From Gordius albopunctatus (Eukaryota), in NCBI GenBank assembly GCA_964276515.1, contig OZ193910.1:3038001-3102000 (forward strand): DNA of 64,000 bases, in the 5' to 3' direction. Below, one piece after another: positions 40,250 through 53,941 of the stretch. The position numbers were made by a program, and so were the translations under genes. How positions within the stretch are numbered: position 1 is the stretch's first letter; each line of letters opens with the position of its first letter. The notes under the pieces are model-generated. The model was not told the DNA's origin. It saw nothing but the letters and a program-made list of their open reading frames with translations, and made no database searches.

Positions 40250-41060
40250 GGGTGTTAGTTGAGTAGTGCTCAGTAATAATATCATAAATGTTAAGTATTT
40301 TATTAAAGCGCTGCGTAATAAATTCAACGCTCAGCTTTAAATACAAAATGCTCAGTATTTTTACCAAAAATGCTCAGTAATTTAAATACATAATTCTAGG
40401 CCTTAATCTTTTTGGCGCTTATATTTCATATATTTATTTATCTTAATTTCTTTATTATTCGTTTTATATAAAATCATTTTATAAAAGGATTTTGAAAATA
40501 AATTAAAATCGTTCTTTAGTTTAGCTAAACTGAATAGATTGGAGGAGGCTTTATTTATTTTTAATTGATTCGGAAAGGTTTTTTTGCGTCTTGTTTTATC
40601 CGCTCAATTTCCCACTCCTTCACTTCCAATTAAGTAAATGGCAAGTAAATTTTGAGATGAATAACATTAAGAAATATATAATCAAAAAAATAGCACTTTA
40701 TTTTGAAACGCTTTGCCCTTTAATGCCTTTAAAACGGTAGAAAAATAATATTTCAAAAAAAAATTAATTTCCTATTAATATGTTAACAAAAAGAAATTTA
40801 AAGTATTTAAAAGTACTATAGCTGCACGGTTACACGATCGAAATTGCTGGTTCGAATCTCACTTCTTTACGAATTTTATTTCAAAATTAAATTTCATTCC
40901 CTTAGAAAAAAATTACTGAGCAACGTTAGACTTAAAAATTGGGCAAACCATTAAAATATAAAACATTTAATTATAAAATATTCGAATTTAACATCTCAAT
41001 GTTTCACCGAGCATTTGATAAATTCTACTGAGCAAAAATTGAATTTACCGAGCACAATAA
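40250..41060. repeat. Degenerate foldback-like element with inverted arrays of TGCTCAGTA
   Basis: tgctcagta copies at about 40267, 40349 and 40371; inverse (t)actgagca / accgagca copies at about 40914, 41006, 41026 and 41047. Confidence 0.45.
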
Positions 41061-42879
41061 TTTTTCCTCTTTTTTAAATAATTAGTTTTGACAATAAAAC
41101 AATTAACTTATACATACAATTCTAAAATTTTAAGGTCACTCATCTATGATGATTTCATCAATGCAATGGAATTCACCGAAAATCAACAACATTTCACGGT
41201 TTATAAGATTGATTGGAAATTTAGGCGGTATTTATATCAAAAAATTTTTCTTTTGACGTCGACAAATTGAATTATATTAAACAGGTTTTCCTTACTAATC
41301 GCCCCTGTTTCCCTGGGGACTTTCAAAAATATTTAGACCTCTAAAATACCTCTTTCCCCCCACATAAATTATTATTAAATTTAATCATTGTTGTAGGCCA
41401 ATATTATAAACAATTACAAAACTTTTAATTGCTAAGCAATTTATGGGCTAGTTTTGGGGTGTCCGTCCCTCCTGTTCGTTCGTCTTGGCCACATTCTAAT
41501 TATTGAATAATTGCTGTGGAAACTTTCGCGAGTTTCTAATACCTGTGTGGACTTATGCTTCCGTAAAAGAGTTTTACTTTGCTTTCGCAAATAAAGCTAA
41601 CTCGGCTTCAATTTTTTCGACCTCGCCCGGTCCCAACTTGCATTGTTATTCAAGGGCCTCACTGATTTCACCTTTATATCTATATATTCCCTTTGGCATT
41701 TTGTCTAGGTTGTTGCTTTATATCGGATATTTGCGAAACTGGCCGATAAATTACCACCTGCAAATTTTGCTTTTCAAATGGTTCAGCCATCATTAAAAGG
41801 TGATGAATAAGGTGGTAACCTTGGTAGCCTTGGCGCAAAGCCAATCGACTGCCTCTTAAAAGCAAGTGTCCAACACGAAACAAGACCGAAATGACCACTA
41901 CAAAACAATTTACGAAACACTCGTTATATTTTGCTCCGCTTACGTCAATGTTTTGCACGATTGATATGACACGAAATATAATGTTTCCTGGTTCAACTTT
42001 CTCAAAACGAGTATACAGGGAAAATTTCCCGATTTTTTAAACGAGTTGGGTGGGTGGGTGGGGGGGGGGCCAAAACAATTTTTCCTTTTAAATTCGCAAG
42101 ATTACGTATTTATTTGATGAGCAAGTTACCGTTGCTACGATCCATAAGGGAAGGTGAGGTGATAAATTGTCAAAATGTTCACCATATTATTACAACTTGC
42201 AACTCAATCAATTCGATTAGTGGCTCGATGTTTGTCGACAGAGAGAGAGAGTCGGACATCGAAGGATGACAATCATTTTAATCGATACTAAGGTATAATA
42301 TGTATAAAAGAATTTTAAAAGTAGTAGTTAATTTCCATTAGGCTTTATTCGCTTTCATCTAAATGGACATTAAAAAATTCCTAGTTGGGGCGTTTCGATT
42401 AAAACTAAGTGCCTTTTGGCTCCTGCCCCTCGCTTAGCATTTTAAAGTAATTTTAAAGGGATCATTATCAAAGGCAATTTAGGACACATTTTAATAATGC
42501 ATTTCCTTTCGTCTCTCCTGCCTGTCCAGCCTTTTAAAAGGACAAAAATTGTCAAAACCAAAGCTGAACATCTCTTTAAACTTTCCCAAATAAAAACTTG
42601 CAAAAAATTTTTTAACTCTTATGATTTATAAAAATTAAATTTTTTTGATTAAAACGATCTAGGGGTTATGGTTAAAATTTTAAAAAATGATCATTTCGCT
42701 CCAAAATCATCATTGCCCCCCCCCCTAAATTCCGATTCAGGTACAAAAAAACATATTTCAAGCTCGAAGCTAAATGAACCCAAGTGGGCAGAGCTTAAGA
42801 GGGGCAATTGCCCCCGTCCCCACATAAATCACTAAGTCTCTTACAATCAATATTCGAGATTCTAAATTATGACCAAATA

Positions 42880-43210
42880 CAGTCGAAACTTCTTAATCGC
42901 AAATCGGATTATCGCGGAAATCTTTTAATTGCGAAGTTAACCGCCATTTTGTTTTTTTTAAAACGATAATATTAACAAAAACATCGTTTAATGACAAATC
43001 GCTTAATAGTACAATATCGGATATTCACAAACATTTTCGAGTCCTTAAATCAACCATACAATTATATAAAATATCGTTTTATTGCGAGGAGTAAGAAATG
43101 AATATTTAAAATAATCTACATATACTATTATTTCCATCGTTTAATCTCGAAATATCGGTTAATCGCGATTTTTTTAGGCCCAAGGCTTTGCAATTAAACG
43201 GTTCTGACTG
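42880..43210. mobile_element. Tc1/mariner-pogo (Tigger-like) MITE
   Basis: TA-CAGTCGAAACTTCTTAATCGCAAA ... TTTGCAATTAAACGGTTCTGACTG-TA: imperfect 24-bp TIR with TA TSD, plus internal ttaatcgcga-like repeats. Confidence 0.75.
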
Positions 43211-46200
43211 TATAGCTAAATTAGATGCTCCACACTCGTCTACTTATCAAGCCCGACTCATAGACATGGGCGGCGTGCCCAGCATTGGAATCAGAGGCGG
43301 AAAGTATTCATCTAGGGGGGGGGGGCAAAATGTTTATTTTTTGAAATTTCAGCCATGATTTTTCATAAATTTCAACAAATATTTAAATTTACAGGGGGCC
43401 AACACGGCCATAGCGAATTTAAAGATAGGTGGCTGTGAAATTTTACGTGCATTTAAGGACAATTCCTCATAAAAATCAATTATTCCGACCGACCGACCGA
43501 CCGGCTGCTGGTATCGGCAAAAAATAATAGTTTATCGTTTTCCCGCCCTCGCCCTACTGCCAACACCGAAATAAGTCTCTTTCCCTAACAGGGGGGGGGG
43601 GTGGTTCGTTAATAAATGTATTTCCTTATAAACTCGACAACACTAAGTAATCGCCGGTTTATATGAATGATATAGTAGATCTTTCTTTTACTACCAATAC
43701 GTAATGAATAAGTCGATGCAACCAACAATCGGGAGTCGGAGTTACTTCGTTGAAAGGGCGAGATTAATATATATATCAATAATTCTTCTAAAGCTACCAA
43801 ATAAAAAAAAGTAGAAATACGAGCAGCCTTGCTTGTACATCTACTTTTTGTTTGACCAAAAGCCCTTGGTTTGCTCATGGGCGTACTCAGGTTTTGAATT
43901 GGGGGGGGGGGGGCAAAACATAATTTTTTTTTATTTTTTCACTGTTTTTGCATCGAAAATTTTCCCTCGAAAGATCAAACAAACAAACAAACAAAATCCA
44001 AGTAAACGAAATCTTTAACAGGTCTACACTAGAATGGCTCCCGAAATTGCATAAAATTATGGGTAATCGAAAAATAATCATTTTTCAATTTCCTAAATTA
44101 TAATTATTGCCTACCCCCCCCCCCTCTAATTTCAATGCTGGCTACGTCTTGTGAATACGTTTTTAAATGGTGTATTAAACTAGTACAAAAAGGCAAAGTT
44201 TGCCCCCGACGCTGAATTATTGTATAAATGATAGTTTTTATTGCGAATATATGGCGCTTACTTAATTTAATATAATTAAGGCAAAAAGTCTTGTTCCTTC
44301 AATTCAACATTTCGTGGCTTTCGCGGCCACCTTATATATAAGAGATAATTGAAAAACGAGAAAAAAAATTCTTTTAAAATTGAGAACGACCTTCAAAATT
44401 TATCAAAAAATGTTCATTTATTACAAAAATGTTATAACTTGGAAGCTCTAGGACATTCCTGATAACCCGTTCAAGTAATTAATAAACGTATCTAATTTCA
44501 AAGGCTTCACACGTGCCAGAGAAGAAGGATATTAAATTAATTTGCTTGAAACTTTCGAAACTAATGCCAAAGATTTGCCAAAAAATACAAAAATTTCATA
44601 TTAAAGGCAGAGAAACACTAAAAAATTCTGTGAGATATTATTTCTTCATTAAGCAATTGTGTAGCAGCTACAGCTACGTTTACTGAAATGAAAGTCTGAG
44701 CGCTTATCTTGATAAATTATAATTATTTCGACATCAAAGCGTACATAGTATTATCTTAAATTCTGGCATGGCACGCTATCTTAAATAACGTTAGCTTTTG
44801 CAACTATTAATTAAAAATTTCGAGGAGTAGTACAGATCAAAATAGCTAAATTTTTAAATATTAAAATATATTTTAATTAAAAAGTGCATCTAAAATTTAC
44901 CTGCAAAAACTTCGACGACAGTTGGGATTGTTGCTGTGCATGCTTTATCAAAATTCATACTTATAAGAGCCATCTTTAGAATTGTTTCTTGATTGTTTCA
45001 CTTTGAATCAATTTGTTGTTATATTAGAGGTAGAAACCAAACGATAATTATTGCAAAAACCGAGTTGGAATTTTAAATTTGCAATTGAATAAAAAATGAA
45101 ATTTGTGGAGGTGTCGTATAATAAAACGAGTGTAACGGGTCATTATTGATTATTTGTTAAGGCCATTAATTAAGGCAATTTTCAATTGTATGAGGAATAT
45201 AAATATAATTAAATAATGTTACATCCATTCATAAATTAGCGAAATGTATATAGGAGTTTGGTTATATTTGCACACAGTTTTCTATAGCACTTTAAGATTG
45301 TACGTTGTTACATCAAGGAATTAACATTTTTTCTGGAATCTATTAATAGCAGAATAAGTAAAAATTCATTTTTTAAAATATTACATATAAAGTAATTTTA
45401 AATATTAGATAAAAAATGAGATATATTTTTAAAAATTTTCAATTATAAAGGATAAAGTGATAGTATTTAATAATTTATAATTCTCTAGTATAATTGTTGT
45501 AAAATAAAAATACCCATCAACTAATATTTTAATTTAATTTTTAAAGACAACATAATAACATAGTACAGCTGAGGTAAAAATATTTAATTAACCATTTAAA
45601 GCATTTATAAAAACAAGAGGTATATTATATCAGGCTAAATGTGTAAATAAATGAAAAGCAAATTTTACCTTTTGAAGTTCATTTGAGTAGCGGCATGAAC
45701 GCATGTCATCGGCTGATTTTATTACATATGATTTATTTATGCAATTAATATACAATACTGTGCAAAAATTTTATTTCAAATTCACTTATTTATTTAATAT
45801 TTATCAAAAAGGTCTGTAAAGTTATATTTAAAAATTTAATTGATAATGCAATTAAAACATTTGGCTTATATATCATTGATTGACAAATAAAATTTTTTTG
45901 AATTTAAAGTTGTTTGATTCAAATTTACCAAAAAAGATTTTAAATGCTAAGCATTGATAGTTAGTTTAGCTATGATTGCATGATAATATTAGTTGTATAA
46001 ATGTATGGTATTACCTAATTAGAATACTGGTATCTTTATGATTTGGATATCACTCTATTCACATTTCTTCTTACTCTATTCACACTCATTCTAATTTAAA
46101 TATCTTAGGGCGAATTAATAATTTTATTCATATTAACCTCCATAAAATGCTATATAAAATAATGTTTAACGATACCAGATCATCTTTTGGTTATTTTAAT

Positions 46201-46269
46201 AAAGTAGAAATCCTCTACAAATGTCAGTCTAGATATTCTTTATAAAAGTTATTAAAAATTTTTATAGAA

Positions 46270-46528
46270 GTTTCTCTTTATAAAATCGGTGTGGTTGGAT
46301 TGATAAAGTAGGTAGAAAGAAATTGTAGACGATATTTAGGGCAATTATGACCCATAATCAAAAGAAAAAATTGTATTTTTCTATCAACGTGTTTATCCTA
46401 ACCATTAATTTACTTAACTTCGTTTTCCCTTTTTTCCTGATTGATGGTCTACGACCAAAATATCGCGTTCCATTTCCCTCTACCTATTTAATCAATCCTA
46501 ACTCACCTATTTAGCCCAAAGAAATACA
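46270..46528. repeat. Old palindromic element (about 90-bp degenerate inverted arms)
   Basis: 46270-46360 (ggattgataaagtaggtagaaagaaattg...gatattt) matches the reverse complement of 46438-46528 (ggattgattaaataggtagagggaaatgg...gatattt). Confidence 0.6.
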
Positions 46529-47296
46529 CAATAATGGATTGAATATACAATATATATTATAATGGTTGTTTTAAATAAAAAAAATCGTTATGTAAATGTT
46601 ACTTTATTTAGTATTATTAATTTTAAAAAGATGCCAAAATTGCTTAAATAAGTCAAATTATCAAATCGTAGGTAAAAGGAGCCCATGAAACTTTTAGCAT
46701 TTTGTCATATTCAAATGTATGATAAATTTCTATGATAAAAATAATTGATTCTAGATTCAAAAAATGCACTGTTTAAGCTTGTGATAGTAATAGAAGAATT
46801 ATTAGAACAATAAATGTTTACCTAAATATATTACATGTTTTTGCCTATATAAAATCACGCACATGGTAATAAATTCTAAAAGCCCTAGGCATATTAAAAT
46901 AGACGCACTAACTGTCATATTAAGTAAGCCATTATGGCCAATCCACGATGGCTACATAAATGTTGGTTAAAATTTTTGTGTCGGTTTTAAAGTATTTTAA
47001 TAAAATTATATCTTAGTGATTTTTCAATGAGCATTACATTTATGCATCTTAATCCCAACCTGGTCAATGCACAGGCTACCCAAAATTTATTTGGCTACAA
47101 TTGTGGGGCAGGCAAACAAGACCTCATATCATATTAAAAAAATCGGTAAAAAGCATATGAGTTTAAATGAAAAGCACAAATATTTTGTAAATATATTTAA
47201 ACAATAGTAATATGAACGGGGTATCAATTTATGAAATATACAAGTGGTGTTTAAATTATTTATCATAAATTGAATATAAACAAATTGTAAAGAGGG

Positions 47297-49131
47297 TCAG
47301 GTTAATAGGGTGTTAGCGGAATAAGTGTTTTGAGACAACTGATTTGAGTGAGCGGAAGTGAGGTGGGCAACTTCTTCATTTTGATAAGAGTGTGTGGGGA
47401 TTCTTGGACAGCGATTGGCAAAATGTCCTCTTTCACCACACTGTTGCATCAATGTTTTCAAAATGTAAAATAATTATAAAACAATGTTCTCACTAAACAT
47501 TATTAAGCCAATGGTGCTATTGAACTTATCATTGTCCAAAAAAATTATATAACATTTTTCCAAATTCAGAAATGAGAACATGCCAAATAACTATGCATTA
47601 AATAACCTAGTAACAATATTATAGGCAAGTGCTGCTGGTCCTTAATTTTTAAACCCAAATTCAAAATCATATCATTAAATATCACTAATTCACCGCTTAA
47701 TGTCATACATAGAGAATCTTATGATATAAATAGATTTAATTAGACTTGATAAATTCTTGTCCCAATATTGGATTAAATCAATAATACATCTAAGGTGTAA
47801 ATTTGTTGCCAAAAATATGTATAATTTTATGAAAAGGTAACTCACCCTAAAACATGTGATGTTATCCATATTTCTATGACCTGGATCTGAGACCTTGGTT
47901 CCCCCAAAATTCTTATATACAAATAATACCAAAACACATATTTTATTTAAGCTATATATAAAACTTAAAAAGGCAAAGGAAGTCATGCAATTCAAAATAA
48001 AAATATATAACTTTGAAGTATTTTTATTAACATAAATAGACAAAAAAATAAAAAATTAGGCTTCAATTGCAAAGAAAAATTGAATTATTATTAACAATAT
48101 ACAATAATTGAGTTGTAAATTTATTTTAAAAAATTGTTACTTTAGTAAGTTGATAGGATGGGAGAGGAATATGGATGAATGGTGCCTGAGAAAGTTGGGA
48201 ATGAGATGTTGCATTAGTGTTTGAGTCATTTTGTAGTTTTGAACAAAATTGTAGCTTATGCCCTAGCTCTCCACAATAATGGCACGTGATGGTCCTCTTG
48301 AGAGGTAAGTTACCAATCTGAGGCACCTCATTTAAGGTTGGTGCATCAAATTTGGGACTTAATGAAAAATAAACTATAGTATAAATCATTATAGATCATT
48401 ACTTACTGAATAAATTTACAAGATGGGCCATCTGGACAAAATCCATTTAAGTAACAGATACATATAACCCTTCTTACATGCCTATTCTTACAACTTGGAC
48501 CTACAAAATAGTACTTCTTTTAAATACATAATTAAACAGTTATAAAAATACAAAATTTACATAATTAGAGCTTTGTGTAAATTCTATATTTCATTTCATT
48601 ACCATGCCGACAAAAGCCTCTAAAATACCAAGGACACTCTTTTATTTTTGATTCAGGGTCAATATGTAAAAAGGGGCATTCTTTGTTATTACAAGCATCT
48701 ATAAAAAACAACCAATTAATTAATTTGTACCTTAGTATTATCTTACTAAATTTGGAATAGAAATAGCATTCTGGCATTTTGCTCATATCATACTCATGCA
48801 GAAACTCACAATCATCACCCTTTTTACAGAGACCTCTTAGCCAATGTTTACACACTACATTTTTATCACCCTACGTTTGTAGTTATTATATACATCTATT
48901 AAGTCACCTTAATATGACGAAATGGGCAGAGTTGACCTAAATTACACAATCCTGTATATTTGAAGGAATTACATATAGCAGCACCGGACTCTAAAGCATG
49001 TTATATTCATAATTAAATGTAATATTACTATCCATTCCAATAAAAGGTAATGATATACACCCGATCTGACTTTCCAAAAAATCCTCCACCTCAAAGCCCA
49101 TGTTACTAACGTTGGCAATCAAATCCTGCAT
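47297..49131 (-). CDS. CPSF4: Cleavage and polyadenylation specificity factor subunit 4 (CPSF30/Clipper), about 302 aa
   Basis: Exons 49131-49029, 48990-48908, 48870-48747, 48698-48603, 48500-48407, 48357-48141, 47893-47846 (acceptor could be 18 nt further upstream) and 47440-47297. Encodes MQDLIANV...LPFIGMDKSGAA, five CCCH fingers (CKHWLRGLCKKGDDCEFLHEYDMSKMPECYFYSKF) and two CCHC knuckles. Confidence 0.96.
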
Positions 49132-50439
49132 TTGTAACCAAATCGTTTACCCGCGTTTAGGCACAAATATTTAATCACAGATGTCGTCGTCTAAATGCCA
49201 TTTTACAATCTGGCTATTCCTGTTAAACATTGCTAATTAATGTTAAGCTTAGGTTTATAATAAGTAGGACTGAGTTTAAGTAAATCCGAAAGTTGGTTAA
49301 AACGCTTATTGGTCCACCCAAAAATTCAAAATGGATTACTTAAATGGATGAATCCCTTCTGTAATATGCATCAAAGATATAAAAATCTAACGAAAGTAAC
49401 GTTTTAGATCTATAATAAGACCGGAGTAGCACTACAAAAACGAAATCCGACATTTGAGTATATTAAAATGGAGCCGTGCATACAAGACTATATGCTATGA
49501 CAAATGACTGGTGCAGGAGAAAAATAGGGCGGGTGCGATAAATAAAAACCAGATAAAGAGTAGGACATATTTTAAAAAGTAGAGGAATGATGTAGAAAGG
49601 ATTGTATGTAGGTGTTTAAGGTAATTAATGTCTATAGATTAATATAATAACCAAAACTGAAAAATAAATTAATGTTTATTATGAAATCATGGACCAATAA
49701 CACAGTTGACAGTTATAAACAAATTCATCTTAGTTTAGTTTCTATAATCAATGATGCAATACAAAAACACTCTTGAAATCTCTTGAATAGAAGCCAAACT
49801 ATTTTATATTATCCATTATAGGGGAAGTGCCGAATTATTAAAATTATAAATCTTTTGACTTTCACCACTAATATTTCGAGCATCCAACAGATATAAAAGT
49901 AAACGACTTTTATAATTTGTGTTTCGTAAAAAGAGCTGTAGAAGAAAATTTAAGTGAATATAAAATCTGACCTACAGTTATTAGTAATAGGGAAAATCAT
50001 AGAAAAATTTCGATTTCGTTTCATTTTGAAAATCTGAGACGAGACTTTGAAACGTTGAGTTGATATCGAGACGAGAATTTAGACAGAGACGAGATAAGAT
50101 TTTATCAACTTGATCTCGGTGTTTAAATTTCTTTGTTGACCTTAATAATGTATATTAAAATGATATTATTTACTGTAAATCCTGTCTAATATAATTCGTT
50201 GTATAAAATCGGTCCCAAAATAAATCTATTTTTCTATATTTTAATGAAATTCACATTTAGATTTAATTTCACACACAAGCAGCTGTCAAAATTCAAATTT
50301 TAATAATTTTACCTTTTTAAATAGTGGCCCTTAGGGTAAGTAAAGATTTTTTAAATATATTTATTGCATAATCATATCTTTAGCATTTATACATAATATA
50401 AAAAAACGGAATTAAATAGGTTTTCATAAAATTAATATC

Positions 50440-51110
50440 CTGTTGCTTAATGACATGGAAATTTTACAGACACTCACAACCTTCGGCGGCCACCACAACA
50501 TTCATTTTTTACGTTTAAAACAAAGTAAATATTACCAATGCAAAAATATCACCGCCAATGAATATCAATATTATGCCTCAGAACGAGGACAGGAATCCGC
50601 AACAGAAGTGGGCATCTTCATCCAAAATAATTAAAAATTCATAATATAAACAATGTTAGTAATAGGATTATAGTATTACACATTACACCTTCACAACGAC
50701 CGAATCCTTTCCATTTTCAACGTCTATTCCCCCCCCCCCCTTCTTTAAAGTTAATAACACAAAATGAGACTTAAATGTAAATGTATAAAAATACTTCTAG
50801 GTAAACTCAACTCACCCCTAGTGCATAAGGACAAAGAGAATCAACCCCCACCCCAGATGCTATAATTACTTCCTAAAAAATGAGAAACATCGAGGCACCC
50901 AAATGACTTTATTTTAGGCAAATTAATACATTGTGGAATAATAAAAAACCTTCGCACTATACAGCCTATTATAAAGACGGATCACTTCGTCATTTTTGCC
51001 CATCTCTTCATAACCATAGCCGCTCTCCACTCGTTTATAAAACACGTACCCCCCCCCTTACATGTTCACGGATAATAAAAGATATCGCTCATCTGGTCAC
51101 CCGACTCCAA
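50440..51110 (+). mobile_element. Highly degenerate non-LTR retrotransposon remnant (APE endonuclease-like, possibly RNase H-like traces)
   Basis: Broken frames give EVGIFIQNN (cf. GVxIxI), NVYSPP, LGKLNS (cf. GDxN) and YYKDGS (cf. YTDGS). Confidence 0.35.
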
Positions 51111-52272
51111 ACAGACTCTAAAACGCTTGGTTTTCGAAACAATCTCTGTCAATGACCATAATAGCCTCATAACTAAATTTTTCACCTCCATTCATGAGAA
51201 TCAACTGCATGTCAACACCAAATCTTAGTTTTCGGAGGAAACAATAACTCAAATCGAATCCCGCCATAATGTCTTCGAGGACAATTCTCTTAAAGGTAAA
51301 TAAATTTGGATTTAGACGCTCACAAAAAAGATAGAGGCCCATATCAAAAACGCCAAATAAAATTTCATATCTACAAACCATGACAAAACAGACAGCTCGC
51401 TCTAAAAGCACCTACTCCCCATACAAAATACTAAAAACTTTAACCACTAAATTTTCCAACACAATCACTGTTCGATAAGAAATATAATCATAATTCCAAC
51501 GATTCTTTAAATTAAACGATTGCCTGGAAGTAGCACTTCCGCTCTATTCTCACGGTTCCAACCCATTCCACTTACCTGGATATATTTAGAAATTATATTA
51601 CCTTTCACATTATCACATTATAAAGGTAGAGTTGGCCGGGGAGCTCTAATCTACTAAATTATCTGTGCTATTTTACACTACACTAAAATATATGAGGTTA
51701 AGTCTATTAAAAAACGATTAATGGCTTAATTATTGTAAAAATAGACCAAGTAAATATTTTGGTACATAATATGGTATTTCACACTATGATAGAAGCGTTT
51801 TTTTAAATTTAATTATATATGTGCAATTTAGTGAAAATCTCAAAACACGTATGTTTTCTTCAAAACTTTGTATTTTTTACACACTTTGATTTTTAAGAAA
51901 GAAAAGACTACAAAGTATATATGATACAGCAGATGTTATATTTATTCTACGTTTTAAAGATACGATACGAGCTGTATTTAATTAACGCGTGTAAGATCAA
52001 AAGGGGTATACAAACGCGTGGGTATAGAAGCGCGGTGGGGGGTGTGGGGAATCCGTAACTTTTGTATAGGGGATACGACAACTTTAATAAAATTATATGA
52101 GAAGAGAATATTCAACTTTCAATAAGCAGTTTACATTGATTTGATTAATTTATATCAGTTAATACATCTAAGTTTTAGATTAGAACAAAAATATTTATTA
52201 AATTATATTGCCTTAATTATAGCAGTAAAATTTGTGAGTAAATTATACACACAAATTTTAGTGCATTGTAAC

Positions 52273-53703
52273 TAGGGATGGCACAATGGGAATTTTCCAT
52301 TTTCCCGGGAAACTTCCCCGGGGAAAATTCCCCTAAAAAATATTTTTTAAATCAAATATGTATGATCTAATTTAAGTTATATATTATTTTAATTTACTTT
52401 AATTTCATATTTACCTCGTGGTAACCAATATTTTAAATATTTCCTAATTTATAATTTGTGAAAATTTGCCTAAATACTATTAGCATCTAGTTGTTAACTT
52501 AAAAGATTTTGCAATCTACACTAAAGTTAATTATCTCAATAATCAGTTAAAACAATATACCCTTATAGTTACATTAACAATTAGTTCTCTAGTGTAAAAT
52601 TCTTTCCATATAAGGTAAATTTACATATGCTTGTAAATTTAAAATATTTAGTAAAATCATTTAAATTTTATATTGCCATTTTACTCTAAATCTGAAAATA
52701 TTATATACCAACTTAATAGTAAGTATAAGTAATATTTAAAAAATATATCAACTTTTTATTTAACATTAGAGAATTTGCAATCTACACTGAAATTAATTAT
52801 TACAATAATCCTAGATAAGCATTTAAGTTATATTAACAGGTAAATTTACATATACTTGAATATTTAGCAAAATCTATTATATTTTTATTGCCATTAACTG
52901 TGAAAATATTTTTACCAACTTCAAATCAAGTAATCTTAAATAGATATTTATTTTATGCTAGTATTTAGTTTTTTTATATAGAAGTATTTGTTATATCTAA
53001 CTAAATTAAAATTTCTACATTTTATTTAAACTGAATTTACACACCATTTTGGTAAAAATAATCTGTAATCCTTTGAAAACAATAAATGTAAAAATTTAAT
53101 ATTATTAAGCTTATTTTTTTGACTGATAGTTAGTTTTTTTGACTAATAAATGCCAAGAAAAACATCTGACATTTGGAAACATTTTTCTAAACATTTATCT
53201 TCAAATAAGAAAGATTGTATTGCTGTTTGCAATTATTGCAATTTAAAATATACATTTCCAAACTCAACCAAAACGGCAAATCATATAGCTAAGTGACCAG
53301 ATTTTATAAAGGAAAAGAATTGTCAAAAAGTTTTCTTAATGCCCCCTCTCCACAATCATCAATTTGTGAGGTAATGCTTGATGTATGCCCTATACAACAA
53401 ACATCTGCTTCATGTGACCCAAAACCATCAACATCCAATATTATTAGTTACTTTGATAGCATGACCCAAACTCAGCAAGAGAAATTAGATGAAAAATTAG
53501 CATTGGCTATTTAATGATTTTCCTGATTTGCTTCTTTATATTGTTTGACTAATAAATTTTATTAATCTTAATCATACTCGTGAACATTTGTTTATACTAA
53601 TTTACCTGTCTTGCTCGTTATTTCCCCTTAATTTCTTGTTTTTTCCCATTATTTCCCGTGAATTTTCCCTTAAGCGAATTTCCCGGGAAAATATCCATCC
53701 CTA
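52273..53703 (+). mobile_element. Internally deleted hAT DNA transposon (1431 bp)
   Basis: TIR TAGGGATGG / CCATCCCTA, perfect 8-bp TSD attgtaac (52265-52272 and 53704-53711), subterminal ttcccggg repeats at both ends, a diverged internal duplication (about 52500-52940) and a transposase 5' remnant. Confidence 0.92.
53150..53514 (+). pseudogene. hAT transposase N-terminal remnant with BED zinc finger
   Basis: MPRKTSDIWKHF...AVCNYCNLKYTFPNSTKTANHIAK*, with TGA where the last Cys is expected, then after a frameshift ...IISYFDSMTQTQQEKLDEKLALAI. The catalytic region is missing. Confidence 0.8.
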
Positions 53704-53829
53704 ATTGTAACTTAATTTACTTATAAAGGAATATATACAAAGCTATTATCTTAAACTATATTAAAGAAAATCTATAGCAGAATAAAAATGTTTTAAAGTC
53801 AAATTTAGCGCGAATAATGCTTCAGGATA

Positions 53830-53941
53830 CATGGGGGGAGGGAAGGGCGGCTGCCCCCTCTAAACCCAAAAATTAAGTGTAAAATTTCAAAAAATAATCA
53901 TTTTGCCCCCCCCTCTAATTCCAATGCTAGCTACGCACATG
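53830..53941. mobile_element. MITE family A (short)
   Basis: catg...ctacgcacatg termini; flanks tcaggata / acaggata (7/8). Confidence 0.75.

Noticed and set aside
40820..40865. tRNA gene (GGTTCGAATC B-box), also at about 16680
   Set aside because: No complete cloverleaf or acceptor stem can be built; at most a SINE or tRNA fragment.
37570..41960. Upstream coding exons for the OSTalpha-like gene (candidates near 37577-37610, 38260-38355 and 41540-41700)
   Set aside because: Splice-like signals exist, but no combination I tried gave an open frame into the 37091 exon; they may be UTR exons.
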